In this document: positions 37,370-49,848 of the stretch, one piece after another
Numbering within the stretch: position 1 is the stretch's first letter
Layout of the letters: each line of letters begins with the position of its first letter
Origin: Felis catus
Lineage: Eukaryota
Assembly: GCF_018350175.1 (NCBI RefSeq)
Contig: NC_058368.1
Coordinates: 194,558,001 to 194,622,000 of the forward strand
Direction of reading: 5' to 3'
Length of the DNA: 64,000 nt
Translations under genes and position numbers: made by a program
The notes under the pieces: generated by a model
Database searches by the model: none
What the model saw: only the letters and a program-made list of their open reading frames with translations
What the model was told of the DNA's origin: nothing

Positions 37370-37735
37370 AACCTTTGCCCACCAACCTCTCTCCCTAATT
37401 TAGGTCTTCCCTCAAATGTCCCCTCCATGAAGACTTTGATGACAATCTTATTGAACACTGTAGTCCAATTCCAACCCATACACATTCACTCCATTTACCC
37501 TTTCTCTGTTTTCATTTCTTTATAGCACTGACCAACAGCTAACACACTGTACATGTTATTTATTAACCTGTTTATTGTCTACCTCTCCTCCCCTACTCCC
37601 ACTAGAATGAAAGCTCAATGAGGGCAGGGACTTTCCGTTTGCTTTTTTTCGTGGCTTATAACCATTACCAAGAACTATGACTGGCAGGAGTAGGAGCTTT
37701 AAAAATATTTGTTGAATGAATAAATGAATGAATAT
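37370..37735 (+). mobile_element. L2 LINE 3' end
   Basis: cccactagaatgaaagctcaatgagggcagggactt...aatatttgttgaatgaataaatgaatgaa. Confidence 0.85.
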
Positions 37736-38042
37736 TCAAACGAAAAGAACCATCAGTATCTCAAAGGATAGAGAGGGTTGCTGACAGGACAGGTATACGG
37801 GCTTTATACTTTCTGCTAGGAGAGACAAATGGATTCCATCACAGCTTTGTTAATGGCTCCCCGAAGCACCAAAATGAGTGATAAGGTTGACTAGCAATGT
37901 CTGCCCTTGGGCATCAGAAGTGCCCACAGGAATAATGGCATCACGCCAGGTATTCTTCTTTCCTGCCCTATATTACTGCATAATCGTCCCAAACTCCGTG
38001 CAGACTTTTCACTAGTGTTTACCATTGCGCACCCGCGCTCAT

Positions 38043-38044
<2 letters not shown>

Positions 38045-38088
<44 letters not shown>
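38045..38088 (+). repeat. (AC)22 microsatellite
   Basis: Perfect AC run. Confidence 0.98.
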
Positions 38089-38090
<2 letters not shown>

Positions 38091-39849
38091 CAAAAGTGCA
38101 GTATGGCTCACATTGTTTTAAAAAGTAACAGGTATTTTTTAAGATCTCAGCTACCTTATTACCTACTTTACACTGTGTTTTAGCTGCCAGCTAATTGTTA
38201 ATTGACGACGTGTTGCAAGTAGCCGTCAAATAACGTAGCATCTTTGGCAATCAGATTTTTCAGTTGGAAGAAGATTTAGAAATAATCTGATCCAAACTAA
38301 TCATTTAACAGATGGAGAAACCAAGGCTTAAAGGATTAAGCGTTTGTTCTCAAATCTCACAGCTAAAATTATACAAATAAGAACTTCATATCACTAGCAT
38401 TTATAAACAAAAGATAAACCAGAGACTTTGGGAAACTGAGAAAAAAAATTAAAAGGGAAGAAAAGAAGAAAAGAAACACATTTGGGCAGACACTGTGGAG
38501 GGCACTCACATACCCTGTGTTCCTCATCTCAGCAAAGTGAACAATCACTGACTCCCCATTTCTAAGAGGTCAGTATGTCTCTGATCAGTCTCTGAATCCA
38601 ATCCTCCCTGTTCTTGCTTTTGTTTTGTGAGAACAGGAACACGGACCTAGTGTTAACTGATCACCAGTCTTCCACATAAATTCCTCAGATGAGAATTTGA
38701 AAGATGACTTCACTTAAAACAGAATTCTATTTCTCTGGCCGGGGGTGGCCCTTCCCTCAGACAAATGGTTGTTGTCCTTGTGGCTCTCTCAGAGAGCTGT
38801 TTCTTGCCACCGCCAGCGTCAGATGGCACCCGGGCAGCATTTTCAACTGATAGATAGGTGAAGCCCCTAGTCTCCTGAACCTGTTTGCTGGAAAATTCCA
38901 ACAAAGCTTTCTTATGCAAATACTACTGCTTAAAGTTTATCAAAATTATAGAAATGAGCCAGCCAGTTCTTTAAAGCCTCCTGACCCCACTATTAATGAA
39001 GAACTGTAGCAACACTGTGTTCGGCACATTCATGGAACTTTCTGGAATATTCAGGTAACGTGGAAGGCAACAGCCAGGTGGGGGAGATCTGACAATTACA
39101 TCATTTCTGGATTTCCCTCACTCTCCAATTCTAGTCAAGCCTCAAGCCTTACCAGGGAGGGCCTCCAGCTCCGCCAGGCTAGGAGAGACATATGTCTTTA
39201 TTAGAAAAATCATCCCGGAGGCTGCCAAGCCCTGTGTAAACAGCAGAGATTGCTTGGCAAATGAAGGGGTCACCCAAGAGTCTGAGATAAATAGACACAC
39301 GCTGAGGTTTCAGTGACCCAGAAAGCCCTGAAAAAATATGGTCTTACATAGGAAAAAGAAAAAGATATTTTCCATCTAAAACAGCTGATGGGTGTTTTTC
39401 CCCTTCCAAACGGACAAAATAATACCTTGAGGAACAGGAGAAAATGGGACTTTTTTGAATTCCCCAGTGAGAAGGAGCAGCTGGGATCAGAGATCAACTG
39501 CAGCAGATTTGGTGCCAAACAAGGACAGAGCATGGCCAGGTCTATTTTCAGTGGCACTTAGGTTTCCCGCTGACAATGTCCCTGACTGTAGGGGCTGTGT
39601 GCTCCATGAGGGCGAGCATTGGGCCCTGCTGGACCCAGTAAGAGCAGCTCTTTCTGGAGTCTGGCCCACCATGCATGCTCAGCAACTCCCTGGAGAAGGA
39701 GTTCATGAATCTTACCCCTGTTTCATATCCATATCTCACTCCTACCATGTTCTTACCCCTAAGACTGTGATACTGCATGCTGGAGGCCATCAATGAGTAA
39801 TAGGAGTTTCCCAATATATTAATCTAGCTTTCAGTAAGGTTTGCATGCC

Positions 39850-40050
39850 AACACAGTGATAAAGGCTGTCTCTAATGTCGTATCGCTTAATCCTTGCAAT
39901 GTATTAGTGAGCTAGTACTAGTATTTTTATCTCCCATTTTACAGATGTGGAAACTGAGGCTCAGAAGGGCTACGGAAACTTGCCCAAGGTCACAACACAG
40001 TTTAGACTCAAAATCAGGCTCAATTCTAAAAGCTGTGCCTTCATCCTTAC
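39850..40050 (-). mobile_element. MIR SINE
   Basis: Well-kept core cccattttacagatgtggaaactgaggctcagaag...aacttgcccaaggtcaca. Confidence 0.88.
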
Positions 40051-40100
40051 CCCTAAGGTCTCATTAGTGGTTTGTACAGCAACTTGAATTCTCTCGAAGA

Positions 40101-40240
40101 CAGTGCCTCTCGAGCTGTACTGCTCACACAAAGCATCTTGTTAAAATGTAAATTCTGATTCAGAAGATCTGGGCTAGCACCTGACTCCTGCATTTCTAAC
40201 AAGCTGCCATGTGGTCTGCAGACTGCACTTTGGGTATCCA
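40101..40240. mobile_element. MER5-like MITE
   Basis: atcttgttaaaatgtaaattctgattcagaagatctggg...ctgcatttctaacaagct. Confidence 0.7.
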
Positions 40241-40649
40241 GCCTAAGAAAACTTCTTTCGGATGACCTCCATTTCTTTTAAACAATAAGTATTGTTTTCA
40301 ACCTAAAAATGTTTGATTTCACTGTGTATTGGCAGCTAGTGAAATATTTAGCAGAAGCTTTCTGGTATAATGTATTCCTAGGGACTTTCTGCCTTGCAGC
40401 TTGGAAGGAAACATCGAAGGTTTGAGGGCAGAGATGTGACATGATATTATCTGCATTTTAGCTAGCTTGGAGCTGCTCACCCTTGCCTCCCTGGCTGCTT
40501 GTTTTAATCACACCACTAATGTGCAATAATTAGAACCAAAGGAGCTCAGAGGGAACTAGAGAAAACATTTAACCTAATCATGTAATTTTACAGGGAAAGG
40601 CTGAGGCTAAGAGAGAAATTTCCCAAGTCATACAATTTATGTGTCACGG

Positions 40650-40903
40650 AATTTTTCAAAGTACTTTCTATGGGATGCGAACAGGCATTGTGCAATAAAA
40701 ATAAAAAGCTGAAAGAGATCTGAATGTGTTTTACCAAGCGTTTGATCAAACAGTTAAGCAGTTTTGTTTGCTGCAGGACTTCCCAGAGCCTCTAATAAGC
40801 TAACATTCCCTGTAAATCTTCCAGAGTGAGATGAACGTATTTCCCAAATGACCAGAGAATTTTTTTAGGATTTGTGTTTCATGAAAAACAGCTTGGGAAA
40901 CTG
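40650..40903 (-). mobile_element. Charlie4-like hAT fragment
   Basis: tgctgcaggacttcccagagcctctaataagctaac...cagcttgggaaactg. Confidence 0.55.
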
Positions 40904-41000
40904 GTGTCCAGTGTTCTTTCCCTGGATCACACTGCCTGTCATAGATATGCCCCACCTTGCGCATGTCTCGGAAAACCTCCTGAGAGCCTACATGGTTTCC

Positions 41001-41192
41001 TTTTCTTTTGTTTTTAATGTTTATTTATTTTAGGAGAGAGAAACCGAGTGTGAGTGGGGGGGCTGGCAGAGAGAGGGAGAGAGAGAAGCAGGCCCCACAC
41101 TCAGCCTCCATGGAGCCCCACGTGGTGAGATCATGACCTGAGCCAAAATCAAGAGTCAGACACTTAACCGACTCTTGCCACCCGGGCACCCC
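41001..41192 (-). mobile_element. Can-SINE (older, internally deleted)
   Basis: gagatcatgacctgagccaaaatcaagagtcagacacttaaccgac...gggcacccc. Confidence 0.9.
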
Positions 41193-42386
41193 TAACTCTT
41201 TCCCTTTAATTTTTCTTCTATCACATCCTGTAATCTAGGAAGTATGAATTAATTTGGTTGGTCTGTACTATCTGATCCCCTAGTGGGGAAAGGTATTTTC
41301 AAATCAAGGAGAGCAGAGTTATAATATTGAATGCAAACTCCAGCTTTGTTAATATCTTTTAATGTAATCATAAAATGTAACCCAACTGAGACTTAATTTT
41401 TTTTCTCATTTTTCAAATGATGTGGCATAACCAGATTATCTCTCCTTCCAGCTCAATGTGCATAATGTCATGGTGAAAGTGTCTTTGATCTCTCCTATAA
41501 GACAGGTTAGCAACTTAACTGAACTCAAACTTCTCCCACAGAATGCCCATGCTCCCCATCCTCCACTGCCTTGGGGACTCTGTGCACTGCCCCTGAGAGG
41601 TATGCCACACGGACATCTATCAAAACACACTGTCTGTGTCTCCTCATATCCAGATGCAGAATCAGAAACTGTCCTTCAGAGGCTGTGCTGCCATCTTTTC
41701 ATGAATGACGATCTTCCCAGATAGCTGGCCTGCGTGGCTACGAGCCCTGAGTCACCCAGGACAGGTAGCCCAATTCTTGGCCCAGGACTCCGTCCTAGAC
41801 ACCACAACCTTTTTTTCTTTTTTCCGATTGTGCCAACCAACTCCTTACTCCCAGCTGCCGTGGCAATCACCAAAGCTACCACCCTTCAGAGAGAGACACA
41901 AATTCCTATCAGGTCCACACTCTGTCATCATGTGCCTCAGAGCTGACTGCCCAGGCTGCCATAGCCCTTCTAGCCACTTTGGTCCTGACAGAACAGCCTC
42001 AGGGAAAATCTCTGGCTCATTCAACCTTGCTCCAGCTGCAAGCAAAACCTGCCAGACCTCATTCTCCTCCTTTCTTCTTGCCCTCTCCCTTCTCCTGGCC
42101 CATTGGCTTTCAGTGAGGTTTCCCAGGGGAGCACTGTGTCTCTTGCGGCTGGGCTCTGTGTGCATATGAAAATACCATCTGCATAATTTATCACTCCCCA
42201 TGCATTCTTCTTTCCTTGACTGAAAGGGTAAGGGTCTACATCTGTATCAGGACAGACAAAGAGTTTTACATATTGACTGTGTTTATGCATAACTATATGC
42301 TACCTGCCAGTCACTGAACTCCACGGATATTTTAACACTTCCACGTCAGTGCCCAACCTAGTCCCTTGCTTTGGAAAGACCTTCTT

Positions 42387-42575
42387 GGGGTGCCTGCGTG
42401 GCTCAGTCACTTAAGCATCTGAATCTTGATTTCAGCTCAGGTCATGATCTCATAGTTTGTAAGTTCGAGCCCCACCTGGGGCTTTGTGTTGACAGAGCAG
42501 AGCCTGCTTAGGATTCCCTGTCTCCCTGTCTCTTTGTACCTCCCTACTCACTCTCTCTCTCTCTCAAATAAACAT

Positions 42576-42615
<40 letters not shown>

Positions 42616-42616
42616 G
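42387..42616 (+). mobile_element. Can-SINE with (TAAA)n tail
   Basis: TSD gaccttctt at 42378-42386 and 42617-42625. Confidence 0.94.
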
Positions 42617-42679
42617 GACCTTCTTTTCCTCTACTTTCTATTGATATCACACCTACCTCTGGAAGACTTCTATTTATCA

Positions 42680-43125
42680 GCCCTTTGGTAACAAAATTCC
42701 AATTTTCCCTTGAGAACTCACTCTTCCATTTGATTAAGTTCACATGGTTTGTGTGGGTGCGACCACATCCTCCAGCTGCGGGATGGATACATAATCCAAC
42801 CTTGTCTAGTCGGAGCCCACAGTCACCTGGCCACCATGGTTAGTTAATAGATGTGCAGGTGATTCAAGGAAGGCCAAAGACAGTGCCGAACTTCTGCTAG
42901 GAATTATGAGAAAGACAGCATTTTGCAGTGAGATGCTGGAGTGGCAGGACGTGAGCCTAGACCAACATGCCTTTCTCTGCCACAATGTGAGTGTGAATGA
43001 GGCCAACAAAGAGGCAAAGTAGAGTCCAGAGAAGAATACATATTGTTGATAGTACTATCTGAGCTTCTGAATCCAGCCAGGCTTGAAACTAGGCCTATCC
43101 ACTGTCTTTTCAGATCTGTGAGCCA
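42680..43125 (+). mobile_element. MLT1J/K-like MaLR LTR
   Basis: cctggccaccatggttagtt...tgagcttctgaatccagccaggcttgaaactag...ttttcagatctgtgagccagtaa. Confidence 0.55.
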
Positions 43126-43211
43126 GTAAGTGATGATAACGATGACGGCCATGATGATGGCTGCCTACATCAGCATAAGCAGGTAGAGTGGATGCTATCT
43201 TAAAAAAAAAA

Positions 43212-43384
43212 GGGGGGGGAGCGCCTGGGTGGCTCAGTCGGTTGGGTGGCTGACTATGGTTCAGGTCATGATCTCGCAATCTGTGAGTTCGAGCCCCGCA
43301 TCGGGCTCTGTGCTGACAGCTCAGAGCCCTGGGGCCTGCTTCTGATTCTGTGCCTCCCTCTCTCTCTGCCCCTTCCGTGCTTGG

Positions 43385-43439
<55 letters not shown>

Positions 43440-43474
43440 TTCTCTCTCAAAAATAATAAACATTAAAAAAAAAT
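43212..43474 (+). mobile_element. Can-SINE (felid)
   Basis: TSD taga(g/a)tggatgctat at 43184-43198 and 43475-43489. Confidence 0.95.
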
Positions 43475-43889
43475 TAGAATGGATGCTATGGTGTGTTACA
43501 CTGATCCTTTAGGACTGAGGCCTTCATTCTTTCAGTGGCCATGAGTGCTGCCTGCCTGATGGTCCAGCAGTTGCCCTTAGCTGAATGAAGCTTTCTGACC
43601 CAAGGCTATGTTCCCTCCCCAGAAACAGCTCACACCTGATGACCGATCAATGCCAGATACACAGGTGCCGAACCCTGTCTCAATTCGAGACAATTCTGAA
43701 ATGTTATCGCAGCTCCAGAATTCCCTTGGAGACTGGCTGAGGCCTTTGTTGCAACTAAGCTGTGGTTCAGCACCTCGCTTTGCCTAATCCTGCTCCCCTC
43801 ACTGCCTGACAGGTGCCATCCCCAAGAACAGTGCCCAGTAAACTCCCTGCATGCAAGGCTTCATCTCAGGATGTTTCCTGGGAGACTTT

Positions 43890-44102
43890 TTTTTTTTTTA
43901 ACGTTTATTTATTTTTGAGACAGAGAGAGACAAAGCATGAACAGGAGAGGGGCAGAGAGAGAGGGAGACACAGAATTGGAAGCAGGCTCCAGGCTCTGAG
44001 CCATCAGCCCAGAGCCCGACGCGGGGCTCGAACTCACGGACCGCGAGATCGTGACCTGAGCTGAAGTCGGCCGCCCAACCGACTGAGCCACCCAGGCGCC
44101 CC
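43890..44102 (-). mobile_element. Young felid Can-SINE
   Basis: CpG-rich body; TSD tgggagacttt at 43879-43889 and 44105-44115. Confidence 0.96.
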
Positions 44103-44356
44103 AATGGGAGACTTTATCTAAGAGAGTGGACTTGTGCATTTGTAATCACAGGAGCCCTAATATACAATCCTACAGTAACCAACCCAAATTCCCCCTCTCC
44201 CACAAAATCTTCAACAGCATTATTTCTTTCTAAGCTCCCAGAGCTTACAACTTATACCTTCATGTAAACTTCTCCATTCCTCCTTGCATATAGTTCATGG
44301 TCTGTGTGTCTAGCTCCCTCTCCCCCACCCCCACCTTGGAATTGTAAGCTCTCCAT

Positions 44357-44388
<32 letters not shown>

Positions 44389-44502
44389 ATGTATTACTGA
44401 GCCATGATCACATAACTTGCACTCATCATAAACTGAGGGTCACCATGAGAAGTACCGTCCTGAAATTCCTCACTGGGATCTCTGCAGAAAATGTTGAAAG
44501 TT

Positions 44503-44835
44503 ATATTAGTTATAGACTGCTGTGTAACAACATAGCCCAAAATTTCGCATCTTAAAACAAGAGACAAGTATTATCCTACCAGTGTCTGAGGGTTGGGAAT
44601 CTGGAAGCAGCTGAGCTGGACGGGTCTGGTTCAGGGTCTCCAGGACTGTAGTCAAGACATCAGGCAGAGTTGCAGAGTTGCCTAACGGCAGCTGAGGGAC
44701 CTGATTCCAAGATGGCTCACTCCCATGGCTGTTGGCAGGAGGCCCGAACCCCTCATCACGAGGACTTGTCTGCATGTACAGCTGCTCAAGTGTCTTCATA
44801 ACATGCCAGCTGGCTCCCCCTAGAGTGAGCATCCC

Positions 44836-44898
<63 letters not shown>

Positions 44899-45038
44899 GC
44901 CAATGCAAGACAAAGACCAGGAGGCCTTTTACATCCTTTTGTCAGAAGTCTCTTACTTAAGAAGAGTTAGCCACCACCCCCCACCCCTGGAAGAAAGGAG
45001 CCTCAAAAATCTTGTGAGCATATTTTAAAACCACCACA
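44503..45038 (-). mobile_element. MLT1F-like MaLR LTR with internal (GA)n
   Basis: tattagttatagactgctgtgtaacaa...ttccaagatggctcactcccatggctgttggcaggaggcc...atattttaaaaccaccaca. Confidence 0.8.
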
Positions 45039-45249
45039 AGGATATTGTCCATTAAACTGCCTAGACACCAACTGAGTCATAAGAGCATCTCCTCCAATGC
45101 CACCAGGAAAAAATCCTAACACCTTTCATAAGCAGCTTGATTGTTTTTTATCTCCTGTTCCCTGTACACTGGGTAACTGATTTTGTTTCATCCTTTCTCC
45201 TCAGAAACTTAAACTAGATTTGTAGCCCACTTCCATCAGGGGTAAAATA

Positions 45250-45425
45250 CTTCACAGCATGTATATTATATGCTATCTTTATTTCTAAGTTTTGATTTTC
45301 TCTTTCCTGGTTTTCCTTGAGCATCATTTTCCTTATTTTAAAATTTACTTTACCTTGCTATAGGCTCTGCATCTTAATAAGCTGCCTTAAATCCTTTTTA
45401 GGACAAGGCTGGGTATAAATAAATA
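45250..45425 (+). mobile_element. L4 (RTE-X)-like 3' end
   Basis: taagctgccttaaatcctttttaggacaaggctgggtataaataaataa. Confidence 0.5.
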
Positions 45426-45584
45426 AGTACAAGCATACAAATGTATACATACAAACCTAAAATAGGGCTCTTGATTTACTGGTATATATCCCTAGAGTCA
45501 GAGCACCAAATCATTTAAACAAATTCGGGTCATTTTATCTGACAGATCCTGTGGCAAGAATAAACAAGAGCATTTACAATAACT

Positions 45585-45790
45585 GCTAGCATTCATTGTG
45601 CATTTACCGGTGTGCCAGGCACTTACTGTGGGTAAGAATTTCACTCACTCCTTGATTTGACCTCCACAATATCCCTTGAAGGTAAATACTATCACGACCC
45701 CCACTTTCCCACGGTCACCTTTCTAGAAAGTGACAGGGCTAAGATTTGAATTCAAGGTCACTGGGTCCTAGGACCAAAGTTATATGCTAC
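45585..45790 (-). mobile_element. MIR SINE
   Basis: gtgtgccaggcact...atttgacctccacaatatcccttgaaggtaaatactatc...agatttgaattcaagg. Confidence 0.7.
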
Positions 45791-46010
45791 TTCGGGTTTT
45801 TTAGGGCAAATGGAAAATATGTTTTAACATTTTATCAAGGAGAAAACTGATGCCCACAGAGGTGATTTCAAAGTCATCAAGTAAGTATTCAACTCTCCTG
45901 GGTGTCTGATGTAGTGGTAAGAGATTCAGGGTATGCAAAGGAAGAGGAAAACATACAACCGAGGATTTCATAGTCGAAGCAGGAATGGGTAACTTACAAA
46001 TGTAAAGCAT

Positions 46011-46409
46011 TTTTTTTTAATTTATATTCAAGTTAGTTAACATACAGTGTAGTCTTGGCTTCAGGAGTAGAACCCAATGATTCATCCCTTACATATGACA
46101 CCCAGTGCTTATCCCAAAAGTGCCCTCCTTAATGCTTGTCACCCATTTAACCCATCCACACCCCCTCCAGCAACCCTCAGTTCGTTCTCTGTATTTAGAA
46201 GTCTCTTATGGTTTGTCTCCCTCTCTGTTTTTCTTATTTTTCCTTCCCTTCCCCTATGTTCATCTGCCGAATTTCTCAAATTCCACATATAAGTGAAATC
46301 ATACGTCTTTCTCTGAGTGACTTATTTAACTTAGCAGAATGCTCTCTAGTTCTATCCACATTCTTGCAAATGGCAAGATTTCATTCTTTTTCATCATGAA
46401 GTAGTATTC

Positions 46410-46446
<37 letters not shown>

Positions 46447-46642
46447 CACATGCACGCACCACATCTTTATTCATTCATCAGTTGATGGACATTTGGGCTC
46501 TTTCCATAATTTGGCTATTGTTGATAGCACTGCTATAAACATTGGGGTGCATGTGCCCCTTCGAATTAGCATTTTTGTATCATTTGGATAAATTCCTAGT
46601 AGTGCAATTGCTGAGTCACAGGATCATTCTATTTTTAATTTT
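46011..46642 (-). mobile_element. Carnivore L1 3' end, 5'-truncated, with (TG)n
   Basis: ttcaagttagttaacatacagtgtagtcttggcttcaggagtagaaccc...gatggacatttgggctctttccataatttggctattgttgatagc. Confidence 0.92.
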
Positions 46643-47091
46643 GTATAACAATTTTAAAATAGAATTTAAAAGAGTCAAAATGAACAGAATACATAGTAAA
46701 TGCTACAGGTGGGCAAATAAGGCAAAAAAACAAAAACAAAAACAAAACACAAACACAAAAACAAAAACAACTCTCCATGATCTGAGAAGATTACAGAAAT
46801 CTTCTAGAAAAAGATAAGACTTAGGCCAGACCTTGAAGGATGAGCTAACCTTAGATAAATAAAGAAGATACTGGAATAACGACACGGAAAGAAACACAAA
46901 GATGAAATTCTCCAGGCAACATGTAAATAATTCCGTAACCTTTGGCCCCTTAGGGACAACCTCTTAGATCAACCAGTTGAAGTGCCTGGTAACTTGTAGA
47001 GAGGAAATAGGTATACACATATACATATACATATGTAATATACATATACTTTTCAAATGTGGAAAGGAGTAAAGTTAAAAGCAAAAAGAAA

Positions 47092-47212
47092 AGGGCACCT
47101 GGGTGGTTCAGTCGGTTAAGCACCCAACTCTTGATTTCGGTCACGTCATGATCTCACAGTTTGTGAGTTCAACCCCGCGTTAGCTCCACATTGACAGTGA
47201 AGAGTCTGCTTA

Positions 47213-47264
<52 letters not shown>

Positions 47265-47318
47265 CCTCCCTCCCCCATTCATACTGTCTCTCTCAAAAAT
47301 AAATAAACTTTTTTTCAA
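47092..47318 (+). mobile_element. Can-SINE
   Basis: SINE body with (CT)n; degenerate TSD aaaagca..aagaaa. Confidence 0.92.
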
Positions 47319-47430
47319 AAAAGCAGCAAGAAACATGCAGGCATTACAACAAAAAACTAGAAACCGTACAACAGAGGCTATCTCAAAAAAAAAAAAAAAG
47401 CAGGGACATACTGCATAGAAAGGAACTGTC

Positions 47431-47662
47431 GGGGCGCCTGGGTGGCGCAGTCGGTTAAGCGTCCGACTTCAGCCAGGTCACGATCTCGCGGTCCGGGAGT
47501 TCGAGCCCCGCATCAGGCTCTGGGCTGATGGCTCAGAGCCTGGAGCCTGTTTCCGATTCTGTGTCTCCCTCTCTCTCTGCCCCTCTCCTGTTCATGCTCT
47601 GTCTCTCTCTGTCCCAAATAAGTAAATAAACGTTGAAAAAAAAATTTAAAAAAAAAAAAGAA
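47431..47662 (+). mobile_element. Young felid-specific Can-SINE
   Basis: Perfect 14-bp TSD agaaaggaactgtc at 47417-47430 and 47663-47676; CpGs intact. Confidence 0.97.
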
Positions 47663-49654
47663 AGAAAGGAACTGTCAACGACAATCCTGTCATTTCTGAT
47701 TTGTAAGATGAACCAACAAACATATTTAAACCTTGTAGGAAGAGTACTGTTTTGTGGGGTCATAAGCCATATATCATAGTTTTAACTTGTCCAGGGAGGA
47801 CTGGGCTCCTAAGATCTGATTGCTCATCTGTAAAATGGGGATAGTGCAAATCTTTTCTTTATGAAGATAAAATCAGAAAATTTATGTAAAAATGCATTCC
47901 AGCCAATAAAACTGAATGATGATCCCTATAACGAATCATTATTAGATATAAATTTAACACAGCTATTGGAAATAGCCTAGTGCAAACATCTTAATGTTTG
48001 AATGCCCACCACAAACTCTGTGACTTCTGCTGGAACTTCTCCAGTGTCAACGAGCTTCCCTCCACAAAATACCATATAGACCATTTGGAGACCATTTAAA
48101 ATGAACTAAGAGCTGCCTCTTGGCCTTTTCAGAGATTCTGATTTTATCTTCTGGGATGCACAGAAAAAAAAAACGTTCATTTTTACATATATTATCCCTT
48201 CAAATGTTTATAGCCAATAATTATTACCATTGCCTAACTTTCAACCAAAGCCCTAGACTCTTCCCCAAAATAGTTCCCGTTCCTTCAAAGGTTTTTCAGG
48301 TAACATGATGCCAAGACCTCATAGCAAATCAGTTATCTTCCATTATACACTCTATAGATTCCAGTGTGGTGTCTATCACGGGACACATTACTCTAGATGT
48401 AGTTGCATTTAGAAGTATGGTAGTGACTCTAAGTCTAAGTAGTCCTGCAGTCCATGTTTCTGGACCATCTTGGTTGACTGCAGGCACGGATCTAATTAAA
48501 GAGATTCATGCTGGATATTCCAATATTCTGTAAATGTACTTGAATAAATGAGCACACACATCCAGCGAGTGTACCATGTAAGCACCAATCCAAAAATAGA
48601 TATTGAATAAGCCAAGGTAACTAGCATTTATTGAGTACATATTGTGTCCCCTTAGAATGTACTAGACAAGAAAAGCACTATTTATTTGTTACTTGTGTCT
48701 TGTTCATCTCCCCTATCTGAATACAAGCTCCACGAGAGAAGAGAATTTGTCTTATTTTTGTATTCCCAGCTCCAAACAGTGCCAGACAAATAGAAGGTGC
48801 TTAATAAATATTTAATTAACTAATTCATTAATGATACCGCCTTACAGATAGACTGAAAAGAAGAACTTAAAGGGCAAAAAAGAGACAATGCGTACTAAAT
48901 GAAGGCTTCCCAGGAAAAAGGGACTTGTCTAAGCCCCTGGCACACCCACTGCCCCCTTCTCACTCCACCTTCAAGGCAATGGAACTTTGATCAGATTGGC
49001 CTGATGCTGGGACCCCAACTGGGCTGTTTGCATATAAAAAGGGTTGATATATTTTAAAAGGTTACCCCTTAGGTATAGTTTTCTCTTTTCTAGTCTGGGG
49101 TCAGAGTAAGTGAGATCTAGAGCATTATTGGCCAGATGTCATTTTTCCACCATTAAAATCTCTAAAACTCCAATAAGGGATGTGGCTTGAACCATAACTA
49201 TAAGAGTTATTCAGGGGAAGAAGATCAATAGGACTGAAATTGGACAGTTTCAGAGAGGTCAAAAGGCTCGACCCAAGCTTTGGAGGATAAATGTAGACAA
49301 ATGGAACGGAGAAGACATAAACAATGGGACCAGAATCCATTTTGACTGAAGTTGGGCTCAGTGGATGAAAAACTTAGAATGATTCATTGTGTTGTTCAGA
49401 CCCAATTTTACAACCAATGGGGAACCACTGGAGGATGCCAAGCAGAGGGGTAACATGGTGATAGCATATTTTTAGAAAGAAGGTTCCTTAACTGGTCTTC
49501 TTGATGCCTTTAGGGAGAGCAAATCCTTTAAGGAGACTAGGTCAGGAGCACAGGACTATAAATTAAGCTCTACCATTAATTTGCAGATTTACCTTGGATA
49601 AAATGCTTCACTTTGATGGGTTTACTTTCCCCACATATCAAAAGAGAGGCATTG

Positions 49655-49848
49655 AGAGCAGTTAGTGTGTTTCATCACCAGTCCCAACTCCACACACTTA
49701 GCAGTAGATCCCTAAAGTACTATGTTTAGAAGGATTCAGAGATCCTATGTGGGCTCAAAAGAAAAGTGCTACCATCAGCTAGTAATGCCTGCCGTGAGTG
49801 CATAAAGGAGGGATGTAGACAGATGTGCCACATATTTGCCACTGATGG
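49655..49848 (-). mobile_element. MER117-like hAT element
   Basis: agaaggattcagag...gggctca...agtgct...tagtaatgcctgccgtgagtgca...tgtgccacatatttgccac. Confidence 0.5.

Larger units (their letters stand above)
43184..44122 (+). mobile_element. LTR16C-like ERVL LTR carrying a Can-SINE near each end
   Basis: ggatgctatggtgtg...cagctccagaattcccttggagactggctgaggcctttgttgcaact...gtaaactccctgcatgcaa...catctcagg. Confidence 0.75.

Noticed and set aside
39548..39814. Exon-like GC-richer stretch with a minus-strand acceptor ctccttctccag at 39690
   Set aside because: No good donor at a plausible distance and no recognisable peptide.
47431..47520. tRNA-like A/B boxes in SINE heads
   Set aside because: They are the tRNA-derived part of Can-SINEs, not tRNA genes.
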